This document shows, piece by piece, positions 1 through 16,025 of a stretch of DNA of 64,000 bases. A model generated the notes under the pieces. It had not been told where the DNA came from and made no database searches. It worked only from the letters and a program-made list of their open reading frames with translations. Each line of letters opens with the position of its first letter. Within the stretch, counting starts at the first letter, position 1. A program made the translations under genes and the position numbers. This DNA comes from Eledone cirrhosa (taxonomy: Eukaryota), in contig OZ024741.1 in NCBI GenBank assembly GCA_964016885.1, positions 409,262,001 through 409,326,000 of the forward strand, in the 5' to 3' direction.

Positions 1-3000
1 CTATTTTAAAAGGAAGACTGTGTACCTATTTTAAAAGGGAGACTGTACCTATTTTAAAAGGAAGACTGTATCTATTTTAAAAGGAAGACTGTACCTATTT
101 TAAAAGGAAGACTGTGTACCTATATTAAAAGGGAGACTGTGTACATATTTTAAAAGGAAGACTGTGTACCTATTTTAAAAGGGAGACTGTACCTATTTTA
201 AAAGGAAGACTGTGTACGTATTTTAAAAGGGAGACTGTGTACCTATTTTAAAAAGAAGACTGTACCTATTTTAAAAGGAAGACTCTACCTATTTTAAAAA
301 GAAGACTGTACCTATTTTAAAAGGAAGACTGTACCTATTTTAAAAGGAAGATTGTGTACCTATTTTAAAAGAGAGACTGTACCTATTTTAAAAGGAAGAC
401 TGTACTTATTTTAAAAGGAAGACTGTACCTATTTTAAAAGGGAGACTGTGTACCTATTTTAAAAGGGAGACTGTACCTATTTTAAAAGGAAGACTGTGTA
501 CCTGTTTTAAAAGGGAGAGTGTACCTATTTTAAAAGGGAGACTGTACCTATTTTAAAAGGAAGACTGTACCTATTTTAAAAGGAAGACTGTACCTATTTT
601 AAAAGGAAGACTGTGTACCTATTTTAAAAGGAAGGCTGTGTACCTATTTTAAAAGGGAGACTATGTACCTATTTTAAGAGGAAGCAGATACCTATTTTAA
701 AAGGAAGACTGTGTACCTATTTTAAAAGGGAGACTGTACCTATTTTAAAAGGAAGACTGTATCTATTTTAAAAGGAAGACTGTACCTATTTTAAAAGGAA
801 GACTGTGTACCTATTTTAAAAGGGAGACTTACCTATTTTAAAAGGAAGACTGTACCTATTTTAAAAGGAAGACTGTACCTATTTTGAAAGGAAGACTGTG
901 TACCTATTTTAAAAGGGAGACTGTACCTATTTTAAAAGGAAGACTCTACCTATTTTAAAAGGAAGACTGTACCTATTTTAAAAGGAAGACTGTGTACCTA
1001 TTTTAAAAGGAAGACTGTACCTATTTTAAAATGAAGACTGTGTACCTGTTTTAAAAGGGAGACTGTACCTATTTTAAAAGGGAGACTCTACCTATTTTAA
1101 AAGGAAGACTGTACCTATTTTAAAAGGAAGACTGTACCTATTTTAAAAGGAAGACTGTACCTATTTTAAAAGGGAGACTGTGTACCTATTTTAAAAGGGA
1201 GACTGTACCTATTTTAAAAGGAAGACTGTGTACGTATTTTAAAAGGGAGATGTACCTATTTTAAAAAGAAGACTGTACCTATTTTAAAAGGAAGACTCTA
1301 CATATTTTAAAAGGAAGACTGTACGTATTTTAAAAGGAAGACTGTGTACTTATTTTAAAAGGAAGACTGTGTACCTATTTTAAAAGGGAGACTATGTACC
1401 TATTTTAAGAGGAAGCAGATACCTATTTTAAAAGGAAGACTGTGTACCTATTTTAAAAGGGAGACTGTACCTATTTTAAAAGGAAGACTGTATCTATTTT
1501 AAAAGGAAGACTGTACCTATTTTAAAAGGAAGACTGTACCTATTTTAAAATGAAGACTGTGTACCTGTTTTAAAAGGGAGACTGTACCTATTTTAAAAGG
1601 GAGACTCTACCTATTTTAAAAGGAAGACTGTACCTATTTTAAAAGGAAGACTGTACCTATTTTAAAAGGAAGACTGTACCTATTTTAAAAGGGAGACTGT
1701 GTACCTATTTTAAAAGGGAGACTGTACCTATTTTAAAAGGAAGACTGTGTACGTATTTTAAAAGGGAGATGTACCTATTTTAAAAAGAAGACTGTACCTA
1801 TTTTAAAAGGAAGACTCTACATATTTTAAAAGGAAGACTGTGTACCTATTTTAAAAGGGAGACTGCACCTATTTTAAAAGGGAGACTGTACCTATTTTAA
1901 AAGGAAGACTGTACCTATTTTAAAAGGAAGACTGTACCTATTTTAAAAGGGAGACTGTTTACTTATTTTAAAAGGAAGACTGTGTACCTATTTTAAAAGG
2001 GAGACTGTACCTATTTTAAAAGGAAGACTGTATCTATTTTAAAAGGAAGACTGTACCTATTTTAAAAGGAAGACTGTACCTATTTTAAAATGAAGACTGT
2101 GTACCTGTTTTAAAAGGGAGACTGTACCTATTTTAAAAGGGAGACTCTACCTATTTTAAAAGGAAGACTGTACCTATTTTAAAAGGAAGACTGTACCTAT
2201 TTTAAAAGGAAGACTGTACCTATTTTAAAAGGGAGACTGTGTACCTATTTTAAAAGGGAGACTGTACCTATTTTAAAAGGAAGACTGTGTACGTATTTTA
2301 AAAGGGAGATGTACCTATTTTAAAAAGAAGACTGTACCTATTTTAAAAGGAAGACTCTACATATTTTAAAAGGAAGACTGTGTACCTATTTTAATAGGGA
2401 GACTGCACCTATTTTAAAAGGGAGACTGTACCTATTTTAAAAGGAAGACTGTACCTATTTTAAAAGGAAGACTGTACCTATTTTAAAAGGAAGACTGTTT
2501 ACTTATTTTAAAAGGAAGACTGTGTACCTATTTTAAAAGGGAGACTGTACCTATTTTAAAAGGAAGACTGTATCTATTTTAAAAGGAAGACTGTACCTAT
2601 TTTAAAAGGAAGACTGTACCTATTTTAAAATGAAGACTGTGTACCTGTTTTAAAAGGGAGACTGTACCTATTTTAAAAGGGAGACTGTACCTATTTTAAA
2701 AGGAAGACTGTACCTATTTTAAAAGGAAGACTGTACCTATTTTAAAAGGAAGACTGTACCTATTTTAAAAGGGAGACTGTGTACCTATTTTAAAAGGGAG
2801 ACTGTACCTATTTTAAAAGGAAGACTGTGTACGTATTTTAAAAGGGAGATGTACCTATTTTAAAAAGAAGACTGTACCTATTTTAAAAGGAAGACTCTAC
2901 ATATTTTAAAAGGAAGACTGTGTACCTATTTTAAAAGGGAGACTGTACCTATTTTAAAAGGAAGACTGTATCTATTTTAAAAGGAATACTGTACCTATTT

Positions 3001-6000
3001 TAAAAGGAAGACTGTGTACCTATATTAAAAGGGAGACTGTGTACGTATTTTAAAAGGAAGACTGTGTACCTATTTTAAAAGGGAGACTTACCTATTTTAA
3101 AAGGAAGACTGTACCTATTTTAAAAGGAAGACTGTACCTATTTTAAAAAGAAGACTGTGTACCTATTTTAAAAGGGAGACTGTACCTATTTTAAAAGGAA
3201 GACTCTACCTATTTTAAAAGGAAGACAGTACCTATTTTAAAAGAAAGACTGTGTACCTATTTTAAAAGGAAGACTGTACCTATTTTAAAATGAAGACTGT
3301 GTACCTGTTTTAAAAGGGAGACTGTGTACCTATTTTAAAAGGGAGATTGTGTACCTATTTTAAAAGGAAGACTGTACCTATTTTAAAATGAAGACTGTGT
3401 ACCTGTTTTAAAAGGGAGACTGTGTACCTATTTTAAAAGGGAGACTGTGTACCTATTTTAAAAGGAAGACTGTACCTATTTTAAAAGGAAGACTGTACCT
3501 ATTTTAAAAGGAAGACTGTACCTATTTTAAAAGGAAGACTGTACCTATTTTAAAAAGAAGACTGTACCTATTTTAAAAGGAAGACTGTACCTATTTTAAA
3601 AGGAAGATTGTGTACCTATTTTAAAAGAGAGACTGTACCTATTTTAAAAGGAAGACTGTACTTATTTTAAAAGGAAGACTGTACCTATTTTAAAAGATAG
3701 ACTGTGTACCTATTTTAAAAGGGAGACTGTACCTATTTTAAAAGGAAGACTGTGTACCTGTTTTAAAAGGGAGAGTGTACCTATTTTAAAAGGGAGACTG
3801 TACCTATTTTAAAAGGAAGACTGTACCTATTTTAAAAGGAACACTGTACCTATTTTAAAAGGAAGACTGTGTACCTATTTTAAAAGGAAGGCTGTGTACC
3901 TATTTTAAAAGGGAGACTATGTACCTATTTTAAGAGGAAGCAGATACCTATTTTAAAAGGAAGACTGTGTACCTATTTTAAAAGGGAGACTGTACCTATT
4001 TTAAAAGGAAGACTGTATCTATTTTAAAAGGAAGACTGTACCTATTTTAAAAGGAAGACTGTGTACCTATATTAAAAGGGAGACTGTGTACATATTTTAA
4101 AAGGAAGACTGTGTACCTATTTTAAAAGGGAGACTTACCTATTTTAAAAGGAAGACTGTACCTATTTTAAAAGGAAGACTGTACCTATTTTGAAAGGAAG
4201 ACTGTGTACCTATTTTAAAAGGGAGACTGTACCTATTTTAAAAGGAAGACTCTACCTATTTTAAAAGGAAGACTGTACCTATTTTAAAAGGAAGACTGTG
4301 TACCTATTTTAAAAGGAAGACTGTACCTATTTTAAAATGAAGACTGTGTACCTGTTTTAAAAGGGAGACTGTACCTATTTTAAAAGGGAGACTCTACCTA
4401 TTTTAAAAGGAAGACTGTACCTATTTTAAAAGGAAGACTGTACCTATTTTAAAAGGAAGACTGTACCTATTTTAAAAGGGAGACTGTGTACCTATTTTAA
4501 AAGGGAGACTGTACCTATTTTAAAAGGAAGACTGTGTACGTATTTTAAAAGGGAGATGTACCTATTTTAAAAAGAAGACTGTACCTATTTTAAAAGGAAG
4601 ACTCTACATATTTTAAAAGGAAGACTGTGTACCTATTTTAAAAGGGAGACTGCACCTATTTTAAAAGGGAGACTGTACCTATTTTAAAAGGAAGACTGTA
4701 CCTATTTTAAAAGGAAGACTGTACCTATTTTAAAAGGGAGACTGTTTACTTATTTTAAAAGGAAGACTGTGTACCTATTTTAAAAGGGAGACTGTACCTA
4801 TTTTAAAAGGAAGACTGTATCTATTTTAAAAGGAAGACTGTACCTATTTTAAAAGGAAGACTGTACCTATTTTAAAATGAAGACTGTGTACCTGTTTTAA
4901 AAGGGAGACTGTACCTATTTTAAAAGGGAGACTCTACCTATTTTAAAAGGAAGACTGTACCTATTTTAAAAGGAAGACTGTACCTATTTTAAAAGGAAGA
5001 CTGTACCTATTTTAAAAGGGAGACTGTGTACCTATTTTAAAAGGGAGACTGTACCTATTTTAAAAGGAAGACTGTGTACGTATTTTAAAAGGGAGATGTA
5101 CCTATTTTAAAAAGAAGACTGTACCTATTTTAAAAGGAAGACTCTACATATTTTAAAAGGAAGACTGTGTACCTATTTTAATAGGGAGACTGCACCTATT
5201 TTAAAAGGGAGACTGTACCTATTTTAAAAGGAAGACTGTACCTATTTTAAAAGGAAGACTGTACCTATTTTAAAAGGAAGACTGTTTACTTATTTTAAAA
5301 GGAAGACTGTGTACCTATTTTAAAAGGGAGACTGTACCTATTTTAAAAGGAAGACTGTATCTATTTTAAAAGGAAGACTGTACCTATTTTAAAAGGAAGA
5401 CTGTACCTATTTTAAAATGAAGACTGTGTACCTGTTTTAAAAGGGAGACTGTACCTATTTTAAAAGGGAGACTGTACCTATTTTAAAAGGAAGACTGTAC
5501 CTATTTTAAAAGGAAGACTGTACCTATTTTAAAAGGAAGACTGTACCTATTTTAAAAGGGAGACTGTGTACCTATTTTAAAAGGGAGACTGTACCTATTT
5601 TAAAAGGAAGACTGTGTACGTATTTTAAAAGGGAGATGTACCTATTTTAAAAAGAAGACTGTACCTATTTTAAAAGGAAGACTCTACATATTTTAAAAGG
5701 AAGACTGTGTACCTATTTTAAAAGGGAGACTGTACCTATTTTAAAAGGAAGACTGTATCTATTTTAAAAGGAATACTGTACCTATTTTAAAAGGAAGACT
5801 GTGTACCTATATTAAAAGGGAGACTGTGTACGTATTTTAAAAGGAAGACTGTGTACCTATTTTAAAAGGGAGACTTACCTATTTTAAAAGGAAGACTGTA
5901 CCTATTTTAAAAGGAAGACTGTACCTATTTTAAAAAGAAGACTGTGTACCTATTTTAAAAGGGAGACTGTACCTATTTTAAAAGGAAGACTCTACCTATT

Positions 6001-9000
6001 TTAAAAGGAAGACAGTACCTATTTTAAAAGAAAGACTGTGTACCTATTTTAAAAGGAAGACTGTACCTATTTTAAAATGAAGACTGTGTACCTGTTTTAA
6101 AAGGGAGACTGTGTACCTATTTTAAAAGGGAGATTGTGTACCTATTTTAAAAGGAAGACTGTACCTATTTTAAAATGAAGACTGTGTACCTGTTTTAAAA
6201 GGGAGACTGTGTACCTATTTTAAAAGGGAGACTGTGTACCTATTTTAAAAGGAAGACTGTACCTATTTTAAAAGGAAGACTGTACCTATTTTAAAAGGAA
6301 GACTGTACCTATTTTAAAAAGAAGACTGTACCTATTTTAAAAGGAAGACTGTACCTATTTTAAAAGGAAGATTGTGTACCTATTTTAAAAGAGAGACTGT
6401 ACCTATTTTAAAAGGAAGACTGTACTTATTTTAAAAGGAAGACTGTACCTATTTTAAAAGATAGACTGTGTACCTATTTTAAAAGGGAGACTGTACCTAT
6501 TTTAAAAGGAAGACTGTGTACCTGTTTTAAAAGGGAGAGTGTACCTATTTTAAAAGGGAGACTGTACCTATTTTAAAAGGAAGACTGTACCTATTTTAAA
6601 AGGAACACTGTACCTATTTTAAAAGGAAGACTGTGTACCTATTTTAAAAGGAAGGCTGTGTACCTATTTTAAAAGGGAGACTATGTACCTATTTTAAGAG
6701 GAAGCAGATACCTATTTTAAAAGGAAGACTGTGTACCTATTTTAAAAGGGAGACTGTACCTATTTTAAAAGGAAGACTGTATCTATTTTAAAAGGAAGAC
6801 TGTACCTATTTTAAAAGGAAGACTGTGTACCTATATTAAAAGGGAGACTGTGTACATATTTTAAAAGGAAGACTGTGTACCTATTTTAAAAGGGAGACTT
6901 ACCTATTTTAAAAGGAAGACTGTACCTATTTTAAAAGGAAGACTGTACCTATTTTGAAAGGAAGACTGTGTACCTATTTTAAAAGGGAGACTGTACCTAT
7001 TTTAAAAGGAAGACTCTACCTATTTTAAAAGGAAGACTGTACCTATTTTAAAAGGAAGACTGTGTACCTATTTTAAAAGGAAGACTGTACCTATTTTAAA
7101 ATGAAGACTGTGTACCTGTTTTAAAAGGGAGACTGTACCTATTTTAAAAGGGAGACTCTACCTATTTTAAAAGGAAGACTGTACCTATTTTAAAAGGAAG
7201 ACTGTACCTATTTTAAAAGGAAGACTGTACCTATTTTAAAAGGGAGACTGTGTACCTATTTTAAAAGGGAGACTGTACCTATTTTAAAAGGAAGACTGTG
7301 TACGTATTTTAAAAGGGAGATGTACCTATTTTAAAAAGAAGACTGTACCTATTTTAAAAGGAAGACTCTACATATTTTAAAAGGAAGACTGTGTACCTAT
7401 TTTAAAAGGGAGACTGCACCTATTTTAAAAGGGAGACTGTACCTATTTTAAAAGGAAGACTGTACCTATTTTAAAAGGAAGACTGTACCTATTTTAAAAG
7501 GAAGACTGTGTACTTATTTTAAAAGGAAGACTGTGTACCTATTTTAAAAGGGAGACTATGTACCTATTTTAAGAGGAAGCAGATACCTATTTTAAAAGGA
7601 AGACTGTGTACCTATTTTAAAAGGGAGACTGTACCTATTTTAAAAGGAAGACTGTATCTATTTTAAAAGGAAGACTGTACCTATTTTAAAAGGAAGACTG
7701 TACCTATTTTAAAATGAAGACTGTGTACCTGTTTTAAAAGGGAGACTGTACCTATTTTAAAAGGGAGACTCTACCTATTTTAAAAAGAAGACTGTACCTA
7801 TTTTAAAAGGAAGACTGTACCTATTTTAAAAGGAAGACTGTACCTATTTTAAAAGGAAGACTGTGTACCTATTTTAAAAGGGAGACTGTACCTATTTTAA
7901 AAGGAAGACTGTGTACGTATTTTAAAAGGGAGATGTACCTATTTTAAAAAGAAGACTGTACCTATTTTAAAAGGAAGACTCTACATATTTTAAAAGGAAG
8001 ACTGTGTACCGATTTTAAAAGGGAGACTGCACCTATTTTAAAAGGGAGACTGTACCTATTTTAAAAGTAAGACTGTACCTATTTTAAAAGGAAGACTGTA
8101 CCTATTTTAAAAGGAAGACTGTTTACTTATTTTAAAAGGAAGACTGTGTACCTATTTTAAAAGGGAGACTGTACCTATTTTAAAAGGAAGACTGTATCTA
8201 TTTTAAAAGGAAGACTGTACCTATTTTAAAAGGAAGACTGTACCTATTTTAAAATGAAGACTGTGTACCTGTTTTAAAAGGGAGACTGTACCTATTTTAA
8301 AAGGGAGACTCTACCTATTTTAAAAGGAAGACTGTACCTATTTTAAAAGGAAGACTGTACCTATTTTAAATGGAAGACTGTACCTATTTTAAAAGGGAGA
8401 CTGTGTACCTATTTTAAAAGGGAGACTGTACCTATTTTAAAAGGAAGACTGTGTACGTATTTTAAAAGGGAGATGTACCTATTTTAAAAAGAAGACTGTA
8501 CCTATTTTAAAAGGAAGACTCTACATATTTTAAAAGGAAGACTGTGTACCTATTTTAAAAGGGAGACTGTACCTATTATAAAAGGAAGACTGTATCTATT
8601 TTAAAAGGAATACTGTACCTATTTTAAAAGGAAGACTGTATACCTATATTAAAAGGGAGACTGTGTACGTATTTTAAAAGGAAGACTGTGTACCTATTTT
8701 AAAAGGGAGACTTACCTATTTTAAAAGGAAGACTGTACCTATTTTAAAAGGAAGACTGTACCTATTTTAAAAAGAAGACTGTGTACCTATTTTAAAAGGG
8801 AGACTGTACCTATTTTAAAAGGAAGACTCTACCTATTTTAAAAGGAAGACAGTACCTATTTTAAAAGAATGACTGTGTACCTATTTTAAAAGGAAGACTG
8901 TACCTATTTTAAAATGAAGACTGTGTACCTGTTTTAAAAGGGAGACTGTGTACCTATTTTAAAAGGGAGATTGTGTACCTATTTTAAAAGGAAGACTGTA

Positions 9001-12000
9001 CCTATTTTAAAATGAAGACTGTGTACCTGTTTTAAAAGGGAGACTGTGTACCTATTTTAAAAGGGAGACTGTGTACCTATTTTAAAAGGAAGACTTACCT
9101 ATTTTAAAAGGAAGACTGTGTACCTATTTTAAAAGGGAGACTGTACCTATTTTAAAAGGAAGACTGTGTACGTATTTTAAAAGGGAGACTGTGTACCTAT
9201 TTTAAAAAGAAGACTGTACCTATTTTAAAAGGAAGACTCTACCTATTTTAAAAGGAAGACTGTGTACCTATTTTAAAAGGGAGACTGCACCTATTTTAAA
9301 AGGGAGATTGTACCTATTTTAAAAGGAAGACTGTACCTATTTTAGAAGGAAGACTGTACCTATTTTAAAAGGAAGACTGTGTACCTATTTCAAAAGGAAG
9401 ATTTACCTATTTCAAAAGGAAGACTATGTACCTATTTTAAAAGGGAGACTGTGTACCTATTTTAAGAGGAAGAAGATACCTATTTTAAAAGGAAGACCGT
9501 GTACCAATTTTAAAAGGGAGACTGTACCTATTTTAAAAGGAAGACTGTACCTATTTTAAAAGGAAGACTGTACCTATTTTAAAATGAAGACTGTACCTAT
9601 TTTAAAAGGAAGACTGTACCTATTTTAAAAAGAAGACTGTGTACCTATTTTAAAAGGGAGACTGTACCTATTTTAAAAGGAAGACTCTACCTATTTTAAA
9701 AGGAAGACAGTACCTATTTTAAAAGAAAGACTGTGTACCTATTTTAAAAGGAAGACTGTACCTATTTTAAAATGAAGACTGTGTACCTGTTTTAAAAGGA
9801 AGACTGTACCTATTTTAAAAGGGAGATTGTGTACCTATTTTAAAAGGAAGGCTGTACCTATTTTAAAATGAAGACTGTGTACCTGTTTTAAAAGGGAGAC
9901 TGTGTACCTATTTTAAAAGGGAGACTGTGTACCTATTTTAAAAGGAAGACTTACCTATTTTAAAAGGAAGACTGAGTACCTATTTTAAAAGGGAGACTGT
10001 ACCTATTTTAAAAGGAAGACTGTGTACGTATTTTAAAAGGGAGACTGTGTACCTATTTTAAAAAGAAGACTGTACCTATTTTAAAAGGAAGACTCTACCT
10101 ATTTTAAAAGGAAGACTGTGTACCTATTTTAAAAGGGAGACTGCACCTATTTTAAAAGGGAGATTGTACCTATTTTAAAAGGAAGACTGTACCTATTTTA
10201 GAAGGAAGACTGTACCTATTTTAAAAGGAAGACTGTGTACCTATTTCAAAAGGAAGACTTACCTATTTCAAAAGGAAGACTATGTACCTATTTTAAAAGG
10301 GAGACTGTGTACCTATTTTAAGAGGAAGAAGATACCTATTTTAAAAGGAAGACCGTGTACCTATTTTAAAAGGGAGACTGTACCTATTTTAAAAGGAAGA
10401 CTGTACCTATTTTAAAAGGAAGACTGTACCTATTTTAAAATGAAGACTGTGTACCTGTTTTAAAAGGGAGACTGTACCTATTTTAAAAGGGAGACTCTAC
10501 CTATTTTAAAAGGAAGACTTACCTATTTTAAAAGGAAGACTGTACCTATTTTAAAAGGAAGACTGTACCTATTTTAAAAGGGAGACTGTGTACCTATTTT
10601 AAAAGGGAGACTGTACCTATTTTAAAAGGAAGACTGTGTACGTATTTTAAAAGGGAGATGTACCTATTTTAAAAAGAAGACTGTACCTATTTTAAAAGGA
10701 AGACTCTACATATTTTAAAAGGAAGACTGTGTACCTATTTTAAAAGGGAGACTGTACCTATTTTAAAAGGAAGACTGTACCTATTTTAAAAGGAAGACTG
10801 TACCTATTTTAAAAGGAAGACTGTTTACTTATTTTAAAAGGAAGACTGTATACCTATTTTAAAAGGGAGACTATGTACCTATTTTAAGAGGAAGCAGATA
10901 CCTATTTTAAAAGAAGACTGTGTACCTATTTTAAAAGGGAGACTGTACCTATTTTAAAAGGAAGACTGTATCTATTTTAAAAGGAATACTGTACCTATTT
11001 TAAAAGGAAGACTGTGTACCTATATTAAAAGGGAGACTGTGTACGTATTTTAAAAGGAAGACTGTGTACCTATTTTAAAAGGGAGACTTACCTATTTTAA
11101 AAGGAAGACTGTACCTATTTTAAAAGGAAGACTGTACCTATTTTAAAAAGAAGACTGTGTACCTATTTTAAAAGGGAGACTGTACCTATTTTAAAAGGAA
11201 GACTCTACCTATTTTAAAAGGAAGACAGTACCTATTTTAAAAGAAAGACTGTGTACCTATTTTAAAAGGAAGACTGTACCTATTTTAAAATGAAGACTGT
11301 GTACCTGTTTTAAAAGGGAGACTGTGTACCTATTTTAAAAGGGAGATTGTGTACCTATTTTAAAAGGAAGACTGTACCTATTTTAAAATGAAGACTGTGT
11401 AGCTGTTTTAAAAGGGAGACTGTGTACCTATTTTAAAAGGGAGACTGTGTACCTATTTTAAAAGGAAGACTTACCTATTTTAAAAGGAAGACTGTGTACC
11501 TATTTTAAAAGGGAGACTGTACCTATTTTAAAAGGAAGACTGTGTACGTATTTTAAAAGGGAGACTGTGTACCTATTTTAAAAAGAAGACTGTACCTATT
11601 TTAAAAGGAAGACTCTACCTATTTTAAAAGGAAGACTGTGTACCTATTTTAAAAGGGAGACTGCACCTATTTTAAAAGGGAGATTGTACCTATTTTAAAA
11701 GGAAGACTGTACCTATTTTAGAAGGAAGACTGTACCTATTTTAAAAGGAAGACTGTGTACCTATTTTAAAAGGAAGACTTACCTATTTCAAAAGGAAGAC
11801 TATGTACCTATTTTAAAAGGGAGACTGTGTACCTATTTTAAGAGGAAGAAGATACCTATTTTAAAAGGAAGACCGTGTACCTATTTTAAAAGGGAGACTG
11901 TACCTATTTTAAAAGGAAGACTGTACCTATTTTAAAAGGAAGACTGTACATATTTTAAAAGGAAGACTGTGTACCTATTTTAAAAGGGAGACTGTGTACC

Positions 12001-14732
12001 TATTTTAAAAGGAAGACTGTACCTATTTTAAAAGGAAGACTGTACCTATTTTAAAAGGAAGACTGTACCTATTTTAAAAAGAAGACTGTACCTATTTTAA
12101 AAGGAAGACTGTACCTATTTTAAAAGGAAGATTGTGTACCTATTTTAAAAGAGAGACTGTACCTATCTTAAAAGGAAGACTGTACTTATTTTAAAAGGAA
12201 GACTGTACCTATTTTAAAAGGGAGACTGTGTACCTATTTTAAAAGGGAGACTGTACCTATTTTAAAAGGAAGACTGTGTACCTGTTTTAAAAGGGAGACT
12301 GTACCTATTTTAAAAGGGAGACTCTACCTATTTTAAAAGGAAGACTGTACCTATTTTAAAAGGAAGACTGTACCTATTTTAAAAGGGAGACTGTGTACCT
12401 ATTTTAAAAGGGAGACTGTACCTATTTTAAAAGGAAGACTGTGTACGTATTTTAAAAGGGAGATGTACCTATTTTAAAAAGAAGACTGTACCTATTTTAA
12501 AAGGAAGACTCTACATATTTTAAAAGGAAGACTGTGTACCTATTTTAAAAGGGAGACTGCACCTATTTTAAAAGGGAGACTGTACCTATTTTAAAAGGAA
12601 GACAGTACCTATTTTAAAAGGAAGACTGTACCTATTTTAAAAGGAAGACTGTGTACTTATTTTAAAAGGAAGACTGTGTACCTATGTTAAAAGGGAGACT
12701 ATGTACCTATTTTAAGAGGAAGCAGATACCTATTTTAAAAGGAAGACTGTGTACCTATTTTAAAAGGGAGACTGCACCTATTTTAAAAGGAAGACTGTAT
12801 CTATTTTAAAAGGAATACTGTACCTATTTTAAAAGGAAGACTGTGTACCTATATTAAAAGGGAGACTGTGTACGTATTTTAAAAGGAAGACTGTGTACCG
12901 ATTTTAAAAGGGAGACTTACCTATTTTAAAAGGAAGACTGTACCTATTTTAAAAGGAAGACAGTACCTATTTTAAAAGGAAGACTGTGTACCTATTTTAA
13001 AAGGGAGACTGTACCTATTTTAAAAGGAAGACTCTACCTATTTTAAAAGGAAGACTGTACCTATTTTAAAAGGAAGACTGTGTACCTATTTTAAAAGGAA
13101 GACTGTACCTATTTTAAAATGAAGACTGTGTACCTGTTTTAAAAGGGAGACTGTGTACCTATTTTAAAAGGGAGACTGTGTACCTATTTTAAAAGGAAGA
13201 CTTACCTATTTTAAAAGGAAGACTGTGTACCTATTTTAAAAGGGAGACTGTACCTATTTTAAAAGGAAGACTGTGTACGTATTTTAAAAGGGAGACTGTG
13301 TACCTATTTTAAAAAGAAGACTGTACCTATTTTAAAAGGAAGACTCTACCTATTTTAAAAGGAAGACTGTGTACCTATTTTAAAAGGGAGACTGCACCTA
13401 TTTTAAAAGGAAGATTGTACCTATTTTAAAAGGAAGACTGTACCTATTTTAGAAGGAAGACTGTACCTATTTTAAAAGGAAGACTGTGTACCTATTTTAA
13501 AAGGAAGACTGTACCTATTTCAAAAGGAAGACTATGTACCTATTTTAAAAGGGAGACTGTGTACCTATTTTAAGAGGAAGAAGATACCTATTTTAAAAGG
13601 AAGACCGTGTACCTATTTTAAAAGGGAGACTGTACCTATTTTAAAAGGAAGACTGTACCTATTTTAAAAGGAAGACTGTACATATTTTAAAAGGAAGACT
13701 GTGTACCTATTTTAAAAGGGAGACTGTGTACCTATTTTAAAAGGAAGACTGTACCTATTTTAAAAGGAAGACTGTACCTATTTTAAAAGGAAGACTGTAC
13801 CTATTTTAAAAAGAAGACTGTACCTATTTTAAAAGGAAGACTGTACCTATTTTAAAAGGAAGATTGTGTACCTATTTTAAAAGAGAGTCTGTACCTATTT
13901 TAAAAGGAAGACTGTACTTATTTTAAAAGGAAGACTGTACCTATTTTAAAAGGGAGACTGTGTACCTATTTTAAAAGGGAGACTGTACCTATTTTAAAAG
14001 GAAGACTGTGTACCTGTTTTAAAAGGGAGACTGTACCTATTTTAAAAGGGAGACTCTACCTATTTTAAAAGGAAGACTGTACCTATTTTAAAAGGAAGAC
14101 TGTACCTATTTTAAAAGGGAGACTGTGTACCTATTTTAAAAGGGAGACTGTACCTATTTTAATAGGAAGACTGTACCTATTTTAAAAGGAAGACTGTGTA
14201 CCTATTTTAAAAGGGAGACTGTGTACCTATTTTAAAAGGAAGACTGTGTACCTATTTTAAAAGGGAGACTGTGTACCTATTTTAAAAGGAAGACTGTGTA
14301 CCTATTTTAAAAGGGAGACTGTACCTATTTTAAAAGGAAGACTTTGTACCTATTTTAAAAGGAAGACTGTACCTATTTTAAAAGGAAGACTGTACCTATT
14401 TTAAAAGGAAGACTGTACCTATTTTAAATGGAAGACTGTACCTATTTTAAAAGGAAGACTGTGTACCTATTTTAAATGGAAGACTGTACCTATTTTAAAA
14501 GGAAGACTGTACCTATTTTAAAAGGAAGACTGTGTACCTATTTTAAATGGAAGACTGTACCTATTTTAAAAGGAAGACTGTACCTATTTTAAAAGGAAGA
14601 CTGTGTACCTATTTTAAATGTAAGACTGTACCTATTTTAAAAGGAAGACTGTACCTATTTTAAAAGGAAGACTGTGTACCTATTTTAAATGGAAGACTGT
14701 ACCTATTTTAAAAGGAAGACTGTACCTATTTT
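1..14732. repeat. Satellite array, 23/25-bp monomer CTATTTTAAAAGG(A/G)AGACTG(TG)TAC, with higher-order repeats; continues beyond window start
   Basis: Continuous tandem monomers, roughly 600 copies; near-identical blocks start at 1441, 1981 and 2521 (540-bp period). Confidence 0.99.
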
Positions 14733-14799
14733 CAAAGCCAGGATATACTCATAATTCTTTGCTTATAGATGATCTAAGTAATGTCTAAATCTGTCAGAA

Positions 14800-15200
14800 G
14801 CTCAGAGGCTCATTAAGCCGGTGCTAATCGTTGGTATTAAGTGATTGAGAGTACAAGACTTCCCCCTGGACAGGTCACCATTCCATAGCAGCTATTGCTG
14901 CTACTTATTTTCAGCTAGAACAACATGATGAGTTTTACTGAAGATCCCAACAGAAACGAGGGCTGGAGTTGAACCGATGACATCATTGTAACTTCCATTA
15001 CCACTGAGTCTTCACTATATAGAGGATCATTATAGAAAACAACCCCAGTACTTAACTGGTACTTTATTTTACTGATTCCAGAATGATGAATGGTGACAGT
15101 TGCGCTGATGGGATTTGAACTCAGAATATAAAGGGCCATAACTAAGTACTGCAGGTATTTTGTCCAACATTTTACAATATTCTAACAAATCTGCTAATGT
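14800..15200 (-). mobile_element. Degenerate SINE remnants
   Basis: Antisense similarity to SINE bodies elsewhere in the window (CTGGTACTTTATTTTA, GGGATTTGAACTCAGAAT). Confidence 0.55.
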
Positions 15201-15233
15201 TTGTGGGGGGAGGGGGGTCTACTTTGCCAGGGT

Positions 15234-15990
<757 letters not shown>

Positions 15991-16025
15991 TCTACAAAAA
16001 ATAGAAAGAAAAATAGAAATACTCC

